Shown one piece after another: positions 29,644 to 40,923 of a stretch of DNA of 64,000 bases. Position 1 is the stretch's first letter. Each line of letters begins with the position of its first letter. Origin of the DNA: a virus (lineage: Duplodnaviria > Caudoviricetes); IMG/VR virus record IMGVR_UViG_3300029305_005387, one strand, 5' to 3'. The notes under the pieces were generated by a model. That model had not been told where the DNA came from, searched no databases, and was given only the letters and a program-made list of their open reading frames with translations. Made by a program: the position numbers and the translations under genes.

Positions 29644-31326
29644 TTATTTTAGCATGTTATAATATACTCCATGCTTTTCTACTAGTTCTTGATGACTTCC
29701 TGATTCTACCACTGTACCGTTTTGGATCACATAAATTATATCACAATTTTGTATAGTTGATAATCTATGAGCGATTGTTATTATAGTCTTTCCTTCCAAG
29801 GCATCTACTGCATCTTGAATGATAGTTTCAGATTCATTATCGAGAGCACTTGTGGCTTCGTCTAGTAGTATAATTTCCGGGTTCTTAAGAAATAATCTTG
29901 CTAAAGATATTCTCTGTTTCTGTCCACCTGATAGTTTTAAACCTCTTGGCCCAACTTCTGTGTCAAACTTCTTGTCCAATGACAATATGAATTCTAGAAT
30001 ATGAGCTTTGTTGCAGGCATCTAATAATTCATTTTCAGTAGCATGAGATGAACCATACATGATATTTTCTTTAATAGTTCCAGGAAAGATTATGTTTTCC
30101 TGATGTACAGATCCAACGTGTTTTCTATAACTATCAAGTGTTATCTCGTTTAACGGAACTCCATCAATTGTTATTTCTCCACCCTTATGATCATAGAAAC
30201 GATTCAGAAGTTTAAATAAAGTTGATTTTCCACCACCACTAGTTCCACAAATTCCTATTTTCTGCCCTTTCTTAATTTTCATATTAACGCCAGCTAATGT
30301 ATTGTTAGAATTATCATATGAAAATGTTACATTTTTGAGATTAATTTCATCCTTAAATTCTAACAACTCTACAGACCCATCTCTCATCAAACCAGGATAT
30401 TCAATAATATTTTTATATTCATCTTTCAATGACATGTTATCAGAAATATCAGATATAAAATCAAGTATTGCTAACATTGGATCCATGAGTTTAAATACTA
30501 GCATTATTAAACTCATTGCTTGAGCTTGATTAAGAGCTTCAAGAGAAAGCTGATAAATTGTATATCCAATTACAATAATTAATCCAACTGCTTCAACACC
30601 ATCTATTGATCCATATAATATTGAATTAATTTTTGCTTTCTTTATTTGGTTTCCGCATATTTCTTGATTTTTATTTCTTATAGAAATTCGATGTTCTTCA
30701 ACTGTATTAAATGATCTAACCTCGGCAAATCCATTAATGATGTTTTCTACTTCCTGATTCCTTTTTCTTTTGACAACTGTAAACGCTTCATCAATTTTCA
30801 TATACTCTTTATAAACTTTACTGAAAATTATCATTCCTATGAAATAAATGATGATTATTGGAATTATCATATCTCCACCAATTTGATACATTGTAAACAA
30901 TGTTATGATTATCGCACAGCAACGAATGATGAAAGCTCCGGTATTCATACCGATACTAGAAATCTTACTGAGAAATTCTTGAGCAGTATTAATTCGAGCA
31001 ACCGAATATTTAGTAAACATTTTGTATTCAGCACCTAGAATTTTATCTACATATCTATTGATCAATGTAGTATACACTTGTTTGATACTAGCTGTTCGTA
31101 AATAACCAACAAGAGAACTTGCAATTATATTCGTGATTAGTACGAATACGAGTGTGATCAAATGATTAATCCAATTTTCAATATCACCGAAAATATTGGA
31201 TATCATTATCACTAAATAGTTACTGATTACCACTGTTACAAGATTACAGATAAACCAACATAACAACATCATGCAAGCTTTCTTATCTTGTAACCATTCT
31301 TTGAAAATAAATTTCATTTTAAGCAC
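29644..31326 (-). CDS. ABC exporter half-transporter (fused TMD+NBD, MsbA/Sav1866-type); start may be ATG 31317
   Basis: ~6 TM helices; Walker A GTSGGGKST; signature LSGGQKQR; Walker B ILLDEATSALD; H-loop IAHRLST. Confidence 0.93.
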   Translation of the reverse strand: MLKMKFIFKEWLQDKKACMMLLCWFICNLVTVVISNYLVIMISNIFGDIENWINHLITLVFVLITNIIASSLVGYLRTASIKQVYTTLINRYVDKILGAEYKMFTKYSVARINTAQEFLSKISSIGMNTGAFIIRCCAIIITLFTMYQIGGDMIIPIIIIYFIGMIIFSKVYKEYMKIDEAFTVVKRKRNQEVENIINGFAEVRSFNTVEEHRISIRNKNQEICGNQIKKAKINSILYGSIDGVEAVGLIIVIGYTIYQLSLEALNQAQAMSLIMLVFKLMDPMLAILDFISDISDNMSLKDEYKNIIEYPGLMRDGSVELLEFKDEINLKNVTFSYDNSNNTLAGVNMKIKKGQKIGICGTSGGGKSTLFKLLNRFYDHKGGEITIDGVPLNEITLDSYRKHVGSVHQENIIFPGTIKENIMYGSSHATENELLDACNKAHILEFILSLDKKFDTEVGPRGLKLSGGQKQRISLARLFLKNPEIILLDEATSALDNESETIIQDAVDALEGKTIITIAHRLSTIQNCDIIYVIQNGTVVESGSHQELVEKHGVYYNMLK

Positions 31327-31385
31327 CTTCCTTTTCTTTATTATACATTAATAATATATTTACATAAAAAGAAATGATGCGTTTA

Positions 31386-31428
31386 AAATAATATGGAGAG
31401 AGGATTAAATCCTCTCTCCATATTATTT
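31386..31428 (-). terminator. Near-perfect palindrome terminator
   Basis: 21-bp arms around a single central A. Confidence 0.7.
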
Positions 31429-31431
31429 GTA

Positions 31432-32541
31432 TTATTCGCTAACGGATTCAGATTCTTCTGTGATTGGAGGTGTTACTTCGTGTTCAGTTTCAGGTTCCTT
31501 AATGAAATCAATAAACTGATCTTCAAAAGCAATGATATTATTAAGCAGATTCTGCTTTCTTTCCTCTCTCCAAGTATTGCGGATAAATGCATCTAAAGCA
31601 ATAACCATACAAACAGTCTTCACACGACCATCATCTTCAGGATCACTTGCTTTACAATATCCACATGTTGCCATGAAATATAATAGAAGAACATTGTTAG
31701 CTTTATGATATTTCTCAGGAAGGAATCTCTGTTCAAACTGTGCAATTTCCAAAATGAACTTCTGAGAAATCTTTAACTGGGAAAGTTTTGTTCTACATCT
31801 TTCAAGCCAATATTCAATCTTCTTTGGATCTCCAAGTGCTTTGAGAATACGATCTCTTTCATCTTCTGCAAAAGGTTTAGCTAACCATCCAAGGAATTTT
31901 CGATCATAATAAAGATCGATACTTTCCTGCATCTTAGCTTTCTTTTCAGGATCTTCTTCCTCTTCAGCCTTTGCTTTGAGAACTTCAATATTCTTTTCTT
32001 CTTCTACTTCAAGTAGTTCAAGATAAGCATCATGAATCTGACGATATTCACGCATAGTTGTTAACCAACCAAAGAAGTCATTACAAGCAGCCTTAATTCG
32101 ATCAACTGTCTGAGAGAACATAACACCATGAATAGGATGCTCCTCACCAAAGATTCTATTTACTTCTTCTTCAGTAATACAGTCAATACCATTTAAATGA
32201 TCCCAGTTATTTCTTTCTTCTTCACTGATATCTTCAGGCATAGGAGTACGATGATCATCGTTCCATTTACCAAGTTCTTTCATATGAGTATCATTAATAT
32301 GTAACTCACGAGCAGAAGCACTCCACTGATTCTGCATAATCTGAACCATCATTTCAGCCTGCTTCATAAGTTCTTCAATCTGTTTCATACTCATTTCATT
32401 AATTGGGTTTTCAGGATCCAATTCAATAGGACCACTTTCCGCAATCTCTTCCTGAACTGCTTCTACAGTTTCGTTTTCTTTAATTTCTTCTTGTGCAGTT
32501 TCACTACCAGGAAATGCAATTACTTTACTTTCGTCACTCAT
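31432..32541 (-). CDS. Hypothetical acidic helical protein
   Basis: 369-aa ORF, AAGGAGG RBS, downstream of RNAP beta. Confidence 0.6.
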   Translation of the reverse strand: MSDESKVIAFPGSETAQEEIKENETVEAVQEEIAESGPIELDPENPINEMSMKQIEELMKQAEMMVQIMQNQWSASARELHINDTHMKELGKWNDDHRTPMPEDISEEERNNWDHLNGIDCITEEEVNRIFGEEHPIHGVMFSQTVDRIKAACNDFFGWLTTMREYRQIHDAYLELLEVEEEKNIEVLKAKAEEEEDPEKKAKMQESIDLYYDRKFLGWLAKPFAEDERDRILKALGDPKKIEYWLERCRTKLSQLKISQKFILEIAQFEQRFLPEKYHKANNVLLLYFMATCGYCKASDPEDDGRVKTVCMVIALDAFIRNTWREERKQNLLNNIIAFEDQFIDFIKEPETEHEVTPPITEESESVSE

Positions 32542-32564
32542 GTTAAATATCCTCCTTAAACATG

Positions 32565-33017
32565 TTAAATTTCATCTACTGTTTTTGATAGTAGATCTTT
32601 AATGGTATCCATTGTTATACGAATAATATATGATTCGTAAAACTCTTTAGTGAATAGTGTGTCATCAAATATGATTCTATCAGCATTAATACTGTCATGT
32701 ACTTCATTACTGATATCTGCCACTAAAGTTCTGATATTTTCTTTCGTTGTCATTTCAACTTTATGATTGTCAATGAAATCTCTGAAATGCAAGAAAGTTA
32801 CTTGGGTTGTAAACATACGAACATATTTCAATATATCTTCAGAATATTGAGTGTTCTTTCGTTCACTATCTTTCTTTAATTTTGCATTTAGTTCTTGTAA
32901 TTCTTCTTCTCTCTTTTTTAATATGAGATAGTTTCGGAGCACACATAAAAATGCTCCGAAACTAATCAACATTGATACAGAGAGAATAGGAATAATGATT
33001 TTATAAATTTCTTCCAT
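32565..33017 (-). CDS. Hypothetical single-TM protein
   Basis: N-terminal TM IIIPILSVSMLISFGAFLCVL then coiled coil. Confidence 0.6.
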   Translation of the reverse strand: MEEIYKIIIPILSVSMLISFGAFLCVLRNYLILKKREEELQELNAKLKKDSERKNTQYSEDILKYVRMFTTQVTFLHFRDFIDNHKVEMTTKENIRTLVADISNEVHDSINADRIIFDDTLFTKEFYESYIIRITMDTIKDLLSKTVDEI

Positions 33018-33034
33018 ATCATTTACCTCTCTTT

Positions 33035-36000
33035 TTATTTGCTGATAGCGAAATCTTCCAAATGAGTCTTAAACAAGTTGATTATATTATCAGTGAGATA
33101 TTTCTTCTTGAATGGAAGATTTTCTACTACATAGTCCCAAACTTCGTCAACATCATCAATATCTCCAGGATTCTCTTTAAGATATCTTCTGTATATTTTA
33201 CCAAGTTTCTTGAGATGATACATTTCATTAGATGTGCAGAAGATTGTACTATTACCTACTACAAATCCTACACTATCTTCATCGTGTTCTGCCTCACCGA
33301 TATATTCATCTTCATCGATGATTGTTTCCATACGTACTCCTAATGATTTCAGATATACCTGAAGAACTTCTACAGATCGTTGAGTAAAATTATCCGGAAT
33401 ATTATAATGACCATCTTCTGATAATATAGCTTCATACATATAACGTCTTCCATCAATTGAAGATCTGTATAGTGCACTAACTAATGCGAAGTCTTGAGGA
33501 TCTGTAATTACAAGGAAATTAGGCGTTTCGTACTCCCCAAATCTACAAGGGATTTTCTTAACTTTCAATTTCGTGAATAGATTAGACTATATCTTCAAAT
33601 AATATCTATTACCAATATTATTTGCCCTCCATTTCCATATTGCACTATTTATCATTCCACTATAAATAGACTAATGAATTCATTAGCTGTACTCTACTGA
33701 CTGTATTAGTATCGTATTTCTCGAATACTACAGTTGGTCGATAGTCGTTGAACTTTATACTGTGTTTATTGACGTTTAACTGGTATACTATATAAACAAC
33801 TAATATGTTTCCATGATCTTTTAGTATTAATATCATAAATTAACGTTTTAGGAACATTCATAATCTCAGATATTTCCATTATTTTCACATTTGGATTTTC
33901 TAACATTTTACAAATATTATGAATTTTATCTTCTGAATATTCATTTCTAAAATTTATCGAAGGAATATTATATTCAGAAGAAATATGTGTCCATGTTTCA
34001 CCTTTTCTAATATGATAAATAATTATAGATGAAACACCTGTTAATTCTGATATTAAAGCTGGATTACTATTAGTATTTTCTAACATTTCACATACTAATC
34101 TAATTTGTTCTTCAGTATACACATTTTCTGGATGTTTAATACCTTTAATGTCTAAAAGACCAGTATCTACTGCATGTTGCATATTTTCTTGAATTGTGAC
34201 CCATTCTAAGTTCCCAACCCAATTACATGTTTTAATACCATTCTTGTGATTTACAAATGGTTTATTCTCTGGATTTGGAATAAATGCTTCAGCTACTAAC
34301 CTATGTATGGAACGTTTATATGGTTTTTCTTTTAGACCATAAATATTTATCATCAGATATCCAGCATTTGTAACAGCACCTTGAATAGTTTGATTTTTAA
34401 CATTTATCACAACGCCTGTATTACTAATCTTATATCCTGAATCTTTACCATCAATAATCACTGGTTTCCATACAGGATTATTCAGATCATGAATGTATTG
34501 ATTTAACAATTGTATTTCTGCAATTTGTAATTCATAATCATTCTTGTTAAATAGATATTGAGAATGTTTATTTCTTTCTTCTTGTAATAATTTATCTAAT
34601 TTAGATAGTTTCATATTGATTACCTCCTTTCTATATAGAATATATGATTTGATTTTAGTCAATAATATACACAGTATTTTAGCTGCGGATTATCCAATCT
34701 TATAACGTTTTTACCATCCCTAACCCATTACAGTTAGTACTAACACTGTCCATTACTGGCAGCTGTGGTAGTTATAAGCTCTAAGGAACTTCCCGCAATT
34801 AAAAGGGTTTAAAGCCAACTAGATTTGTAGTTAATCGGCTTTGTTGATTTCCAATCTCTACCAGTTTTATTCGAGTTACTCTTCTCAGGTAGAGATTCAT
34901 CACCAATGGCTCCAGAAGATCTAACAGAGAAACCTTTCTCACCGGACTGTTTAAGCATCATGATATATTGATATCCAACATAATCGTCACCAATCCAAAT
35001 ATCCCTTCCCCACTTTGGTTTAGGAGCAAAGATATGATAAGGTTTAATAATATCACCATACTTTTCATATATCTCTAAGATAGAATCTCGTAATGACCAT
35101 TCTTCATTGAAAGGTTCCCATCTTGAATATAATCCATTATTGGTGATAAGTAATCCATTTCTATCTACAGAGATACAGTCTTGAATGAAATGTTTCTTTT
35201 GATAATCTGATAAACCATCATAAATATCTTCTAAATCTTTAGTCTGTTTAGGATTTAAGATTCGTAATATATCGAACATAAATTCTTTTTGTTCTTCTAT
35301 AGTATCTAAAGTTGCTGCATGTTTTCTAGCACGATCTAGAATAAATGTAACTGATCCTTCATACATAACCATTGGAATAGTACGATTGATAATAGCCAAT
35401 GGATTAGTTATTAAATCTACTCGTTCTCGTACTCCTTTAGCATGTTTTACACCATATTGATCAGTTGTCATTTCTGTAGTTAAATATGGCATTTCTTCAT
35501 CTGGCCATATACTACATGTCACAGTCTTGTTTCCATGCCTCGGTTTCTTACACATTGATTCGCAACATCAATGCAGCAACTTAATGCTTCTTATGCTTTC
35601 ACATAACGACAGTAGAATTTCACTACTGAAGGATCTTTCGATCGTCGAGATCATATCTTTCATAGTAATTATACTATGACCGGCATTTCGATTTAAGGGA
35701 TTCTCACCCACCTCTTAGACCTTATTCAGTCCTGCTTAGGCCCTACTCCTATTGATAATATTAATTTATTAATATTATCCAAGGGATGATCGTTGAACTC
35801 ATATCCTGTTTAGGATACTTCGCTGCGTCGGTTGTCCCTATTTCTAACATTTTTACTATACCTTTGGAATTACCCATTGCCCCATAGTATATCACTATCT
35901 ATGGTTAGTAGTTAGAACTTAACAGGAGTTTCCCGCAATTAGCACGATTTTACGTCGGCATGCATTTTACCGACTATTTTGCGGCCGACTTTGACGGTTT

Positions 36001-37111
36001 CTTTACTTCTAATCAGAATCTCTACCATAATATTTGAAAATACAGAATCATTGAAAGCCCATTGAGCATCTGTATCCAAATAGTTCATAGCTTTACGTTT
36101 CCATCTATTGATTTCCTTGTCGATATTTTTGGAACCGCTTTTCAGAATTTTCTTACATACTTTATACACATCAGTGTAGAACCATCTTGCATCATTGTAA
36201 TACTGAATAAGTTGTTTTGTAACCTTATTGGTTTTGATATTAGGATTATTGCAGTATACATTGATATCGATAATTTCAGAATCTTTAGGACAGTAATATT
36301 TAGCATCTGATTGATTGATATGATGTAAAGAAATATCTCTCATGTCAGAAAACATTCTACTTTCTTTAATCTGACGAGTAGCTGCTAAAATACCATCACT
36401 GATAATATCACCTATATTCGGAAGACCTTGATATTCTCCTTCTTTACCATAGAGATTCAGAAGAATAGTATTTTCACTAATAGGTATGGTCTTTGATGTT
36501 ACATTATTTGCTACCATTCTTTTTGCAAAAGATTCTGATAGAATAATGGCATCATCCTGTACAGCTGGATGTGCACCATATAGAATTCGACCATTTACAC
36601 CAATTGAAGTATTTCCGTATTCATCATAAGATGTAGTTGAATATAACATTGTACCTTCAGGAATAATTTCACCAACTTCTGCAGCATCAAGAAAATCATT
36701 CTTGTAATCGAAACCAAAATTCTCAGTAAGATTTTCTACTTGATTTCTCTCTACTACTGTATACGAGTCATCCTGCCTGCAATATAAGAAGTATAAAGCA
36801 ACGTTACATTTACCTTTTAGAAGGTTTTCATATTTCTTACAGATTGCATATACTTCATATTCCTTATCTGCTCTTTTATAGAATGAAGAATGTTCACCGG
36901 TAATATTTTCTTTACCATCATACAGGAATGGAAACTCTGGATTATCTAATGTAAGATGTTGCGTATGATGTTTAATGTTCATCGTACTACGCATTACATT
37001 GTTACCTCCATAGAAATCACCTTGACCTGTTAATGCTAATTTCTTTTTCCCTTTGAGCTCTTCATTTTTTCGTTGCAGTTCTTGGATGAGGTTATACTTT
37101 TCTCTAACCAT
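33035..37111 (-). CDS. Phage multisubunit RNA polymerase beta subunit, C-terminal half; three exons 37111-35969, 35540-34834, 33545-33035 (786 aa spliced)
   Basis: Splicing restores GRKIVG|RHGNK and KPI|RFGEYE; also QDDAIILSES, DLITNPLAIINR, YIMMLKQ..KGFSVRS (beta conserved regions). Confidence 0.9.
33546..34833 (-). mobile_element. Group I intron (1288 nt) with HNH ORF in RNAP beta
   Basis: P1 AAAGCCGAU/GUUGGCUUU; P10 CAAAUCUA/UAGAUUUG; AATTGCGGGAA, AATCCGCAGC, GTTCAACGACTA, AAGATATAGTC; terminal G. Confidence 0.92.
33766..34614 (-). CDS. Intron-encoded HNH homing endonuclease (NUMOD4/HNH type)
   Basis: YKISNTG, IHRLVAEAFIPNPENKPFVNHKNGIKTCNWVGNLEWVT..EN..HA; ATG 34614 after AAAGGAGG. Confidence 0.92.
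   Translation of the reverse strand: MKLSKLDKLLQEERNKHSQYLFNKNDYELQIAEIQLLNQYIHDLNNPVWKPVIIDGKDSGYKISNTGVVINVKNQTIQGAVTNAGYLMINIYGLKEKPYKRSIHRLVAEAFIPNPENKPFVNHKNGIKTCNWVGNLEWVTIQENMQHAVDTGLLDIKGIKHPENVYTEEQIRLVCEMLENTNSNPALISELTGVSSIIIYHIRKGETWTHISSEYNIPSINFRNEYSEDKIHNICKMLENPNVKIMEISEIMNVPKTLIYDINTKRSWKHISCLYSIPVKRQ
35541..35968 (-). mobile_element. Group I intron (428 nt, ORF-less) in RNAP beta
   Basis: P1 GUCGGU/GCCGAC with U.G splice site; AATTGCGGGAA; P7 GAUCA/UGAUC; terminal G before AGG CAT GGA. Confidence 0.88.
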
Positions 37112-37194
37112 TTTATATCCTCCTTTTCTGTGTTGAGTGTTAATAAATTAAGACGGTGAGTGAATTAAACATTGTTGTCTTAATTGTTAAGGGC

Positions 37195-37204
37195 AGAATA
37201 TATA
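37195..37204 (-). promoter_or_regulatory. Candidate early promoter TATATATTCT upstream of RNAP beta
   Basis: Motif recurs upstream of several non-structural genes. Confidence 0.5.
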
Positions 37205-37226
37205 AATATTTATTTGGACAAAAAAT

Positions 37227-37262
37227 GATACAATCCAGAGGGAATTCCCTCTGGATTGTATC
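37227..37262 (-). terminator. Perfect 36-bp palindrome terminator after tail tube
   Basis: gatacaatccagagggaa|ttccctctggattgtatc. Confidence 0.7.
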
Positions 37263-37306
37263 TGTATATATTTAAGGAAAGGAAGTGGTAGTAAACCGTT
37301 ATGGGA

Positions 37307-38383
37307 TTATTCCTGTGCAAAACCATCCCAAGAAGTTCCAGCAGATCTTCCTGGCTGACCAGCAAGTTTGCCATCAACCATACTCTTGAGACCAATGTTC
37401 TTAGTAACAGGTGCAGTAGTGGTAGTAAATACAGGAACGTTACCGATATTAGTACCAGTTGCACTATCAACCGGAACAGCACCAAGAGACCTATTAAACA
37501 AGTTAGCATTACCGTTTGCATATACAGCATCACCAAGTTCAGGGTTGAAGTTCAGTGAGTTAGATACAATACGATACTGTTTTAACAAGTCATTTGCAAT
37601 TGCTGTGATGATAGGAGATCTGTACACAACGCAGTTGAAAGTAACGTCATAAGTTACGTTATCATGAGTTCCGCCCTGAGCCATATCAAGGATTGCTCCC
37701 TGATTAATTCCCTTAGGATAACAGTCTGCAAGTAATACAGCACGTTCAACTTGAGCACCGGAACGATCATGCATGATATAGATGAATTCTGCAGTATGAT
37801 TTGCTTCATTGAATGCAATACCATCTGTACTTTCACCATTACGTGCATACAAACGTTTCTCTTTACCATCTGCGTCAGTACCACCTGAAATCCAGCCACC
37901 ATAAGTAGCAAGACCACTGTTCTCATCACCGATGGCGTTCATCCAACCATCAATAACAGTGAATACAGGTGCACCCACCATTTCATACAAACCAATAGTA
38001 ATTTCATTGGTTGTTTCTTTAGTTACTGTAGGAGTAAAGAACTGGCGACCTGCAAAACCACCCTGAATAGGTGTAGATGCATTTTCAATTGTTTTCTCCT
38101 GGAAACCAGTAACAGATCTATTCATATATTCAAGCATGTGCTTAAATTGAATGAACAAAGAGTTTGTGTTATACAAGTCATCTCCACCAGCAAACATTTT
38201 AGCGATTGCTAAAGGAGGACGTACCATAAATAATCGACCGAAACCATTGAGCATTGGAGAATAGTTACGTAATGCATGATGAGTTGCATTAGTACCACCA
38301 ACGAACATAGAGTATTTGGTGAAGTCAGGAGCATCAAACTGACGACCTCCGGTCTGACTGGTGATTACATTTTTAAGAGCCAT
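37307..38383 (-). CDS. Tail tube protein (putative)
   Basis: Start overlaps the sheath stop; optimised codons; layout (..W...I.D..SG....LADCYP...VTF) typical of tube proteins. Confidence 0.7.
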   Translation of the reverse strand: MALKNVITSQTGGRQFDAPDFTKYSMFVGGTNATHHALRNYSPMLNGFGRLFMVRPPLAIAKMFAGGDDLYNTNSLFIQFKHMLEYMNRSVTGFQEKTIENASTPIQGGFAGRQFFTPTVTKETTNEITIGLYEMVGAPVFTVIDGWMNAIGDENSGLATYGGWISGGTDADGKEKRLYARNGESTDGIAFNEANHTAEFIYIMHDRSGAQVERAVLLADCYPKGINQGAILDMAQGGTHDNVTYDVTFNCVVYRSPIITAIANDLLKQYRIVSNSLNFNPELGDAVYANGNANLFNRSLGAVPVDSATGTNIGNVPVFTTTTAPVTKNIGLKSMVDGKLAGQPGRSAGTSWDGFAQE

Positions 38384-40842
38384 TAACTTTCACCTCCATC
38401 AGAATAATCAGGTCTCTGGATATTAATTTCAAGAATGATTCTCTTAATAATATCACGGAATTTAACTACACAGTAGCAGTGCATAATCATGCGTTCCTGC
38501 TCCCACTCATTAGCTTTGAACTCAATGTTGATATCCTGAACCATTGTACCAATCCAAGGACGATAAATCGCCATCTGAGCATCAGTATAACCCTTACGAG
38601 CTTCAGGTTCATTCCAGTTGTACAGATAATTGCGGTTAGCCTGTTCAAGACCTTTCTTAAGTCTGTTAAGAACACGAACGTTATTCTCTTCAAGCAATGC
38701 AGAAGCATCAAGCTGACGAGTATTCTGAACAGCACGCTGAACAATTCTACCCTCTTCACGAGTTAAGTAGTAATTGAAACGATTTGTGAACAGAAGTTCC
38801 TTAACATCCCAGTCGATAAGATCAATATCAGGTTGGAAGGTATCACGAATCATAGAGTTAGCTGCAGTAAGTGCATTATTCTTCTGAACGCAAGTTAACT
38901 GAGCAAGACCATATACGAAAGGTTTGTTCAAACCTTCATGGATGATATGATTGATCAATTCTTTAGCAATGAAGTAAGAAGTTGTAACTTTAACTCGTCT
39001 GCCAGTATAAGGATCAAAAATATCATAACAACCCAAGTCGATAGAAGTTGCACGTCCAGTGAACTCACTAAACATTTCAATGATATCCATCAACTCAGTA
39101 GAAGCATTAACATTCTTAATACCTACATTACCACAGTCAAGATATAAAGAACAACCAGCACCCATGTCTTCTGCAATAGTCATACCATTGCGGTTTCTGA
39201 ATTCGTTAAGATCGTACATAGCACGTTTAACGTTAATATCAGTAACATCAATGGCACCAGAACTTGCAGTAATTGCTAACTGCTGATAATCTGCATCTGT
39301 CAGGACAGTACTATTACTATATAGATTCTGGATAGAATCATCAAGTGTCAAGTCACCTTCAGAAGTCATATTATAGTTAGCATCGAACATGAAGTCAAGG
39401 TTTACTCTTGCAGGACTTAAGATCTTACGATCCTTATATCCACGGAATGCAGAAACATATTCACGAGAGAGTAATAGTTTCATTTCTGCAGCAGTAGGAG
39501 CACGAGTTACTCCATCAACAGTAATCTCTTCGAAATCACCATCATGACCGCCAGTAAACATGATACCTCTAGAATTAGTGATATCAATACCATCGTACTG
39601 ATCGTCATCAGCAGCAGCTTCTACACCTTCATCGTATGTAATGTTTCCTGCATCAGTATCAATATGAGATACAGTATAACGCCAACGATATCCACCATTG
39701 TTTTCATCTGCAAGTACAAGTACAGAAGCACCTACAGTTGCAGTAGCCCAATCGGATAGATTCTGAGGCATCATAGATGCATTTGCAACTTCCATATCAG
39801 GAGCAACATAAGGACCAGTGCTCTTCATTGTGTAGTTTCTGTAGTAAGGAATAATCTCGTTAGAACGAGTATTCAATACAGTACCAAACATAGGATCGAA
39901 AGTTTCTTCACTAATTGCCATAGCAATTTCAAGATCAGCTAACTGATCATCAGTAGAAGCATTCTGAGCCAAGTAAGTCTGGTTAGATTCTACAATCTTC
40001 TTATAGAAGTCATAAAGTTTCAGATAATTATCTTCGAAAGGATAAATATATACAGGACAGCTACCAGTAGCAAACTGATCTAATACGTCACTAATTAAAG
40101 TAGACATATTGAAACGAGTTGTCTGATATAAAGAACCAGAGAAGATATTGGATACACGAGATACACCAGCTGTATTAGTAATCAAAGACCACTTATACAT
40201 CTTCATCTCATATTCTTTTTCTGCATCAGTGTCTCTACGGAAACACATAGCATATTTATTACCATATTTACCACGACCGACAGAACGAACGTAAGCAAGA
40301 GGTAATGTCATATAACCAGTCTGAGCATCAGGTACTTCACTTGCAAGAGAATTAGCAACTTCAAGAATTGCCATATCATCAGTGCTACCTTCAGTCAAAC
40401 GAGGTTTGCCAGCATACGCAACATCGAATTTGATTTCGAAACGTTTTAGACCAGTTTCCTGACCTAAATCATCTAATTCATTACCTTCACGATATTTCGC
40501 AAGAAGAATCATGTTTGCATAAGTAGCATTATCAGGAAGAACGCGGCAGAACCAAACGTTCGTACTTCCGTTGAATAAAAGATCAGCCTGTAGAGAAGCC
40601 TGACCATATTTCTGGAAGTTACCCTGACCGAATAAAGCTTTCTTTGTTGGTAGATCACTTATACGAACGAAAGTATTGTCAATACCCTGATCAGCACCAG
40701 TAACTACGACTGTCGCATAAGGGAGTTCGCTAGTATCACTAGGCTGAGCAGTAGTTTCATCGTAAAAAGTGTCATCAAGAATTACCGTATGCACATGAGG
40801 ATGTGCATAGTACGGAATAATTTGGACGCTAGATTCACCCAT
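38383..40842 (-). CDS. Tail sheath protein
   Basis: 819 aa; LFG......GQ...N...VWFCRV N-terminus; C-terminal SAL..ENNVRVL...VKFRDIIKRIILEINI sheath-like domain. Confidence 0.8.
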   Translation of the reverse strand: MGESSVQIIPYYAHPHVHTVILDDTFYDETTAQPSDTSELPYATVVVTGADQGIDNTFVRISDLPTKKALFGQGNFQKYGQASLQADLLFNGSTNVWFCRVLPDNATYANMILLAKYREGNELDDLGQETGLKRFEIKFDVAYAGKPRLTEGSTDDMAILEVANSLASEVPDAQTGYMTLPLAYVRSVGRGKYGNKYAMCFRRDTDAEKEYEMKMYKWSLITNTAGVSRVSNIFSGSLYQTTRFNMSTLISDVLDQFATGSCPVYIYPFEDNYLKLYDFYKKIVESNQTYLAQNASTDDQLADLEIAMAISEETFDPMFGTVLNTRSNEIIPYYRNYTMKSTGPYVAPDMEVANASMMPQNLSDWATATVGASVLVLADENNGGYRWRYTVSHIDTDAGNITYDEGVEAAADDDQYDGIDITNSRGIMFTGGHDGDFEEITVDGVTRAPTAAEMKLLLSREYVSAFRGYKDRKILSPARVNLDFMFDANYNMTSEGDLTLDDSIQNLYSNSTVLTDADYQQLAITASSGAIDVTDINVKRAMYDLNEFRNRNGMTIAEDMGAGCSLYLDCGNVGIKNVNASTELMDIIEMFSEFTGRATSIDLGCYDIFDPYTGRRVKVTTSYFIAKELINHIIHEGLNKPFVYGLAQLTCVQKNNALTAANSMIRDTFQPDIDLIDWDVKELLFTNRFNYYLTREEGRIVQRAVQNTRQLDASALLEENNVRVLNRLKKGLEQANRNYLYNWNEPEARKGYTDAQMAIYRPWIGTMVQDINIEFKANEWEQERMIMHCYCVVKFRDIIKRIILEINIQRPDYSDGGES

Positions 40843-40923
40843 AATTGTACACTCCTTTACTATATTTTTTGATGAATTTAATGAGACATCTTCATTATTA
40901 ATCTGGTTCTATATTTTCTATGA

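Noticed and set aside
33570-33760. Stand-alone ncRNA or tRNA in structured non-coding stretches (also 35560-35940, 43200-43620, 60130-60380)
   Set aside because: These are group I intron core elements; no tRNA cloverleaf was recognised anywhere in the window
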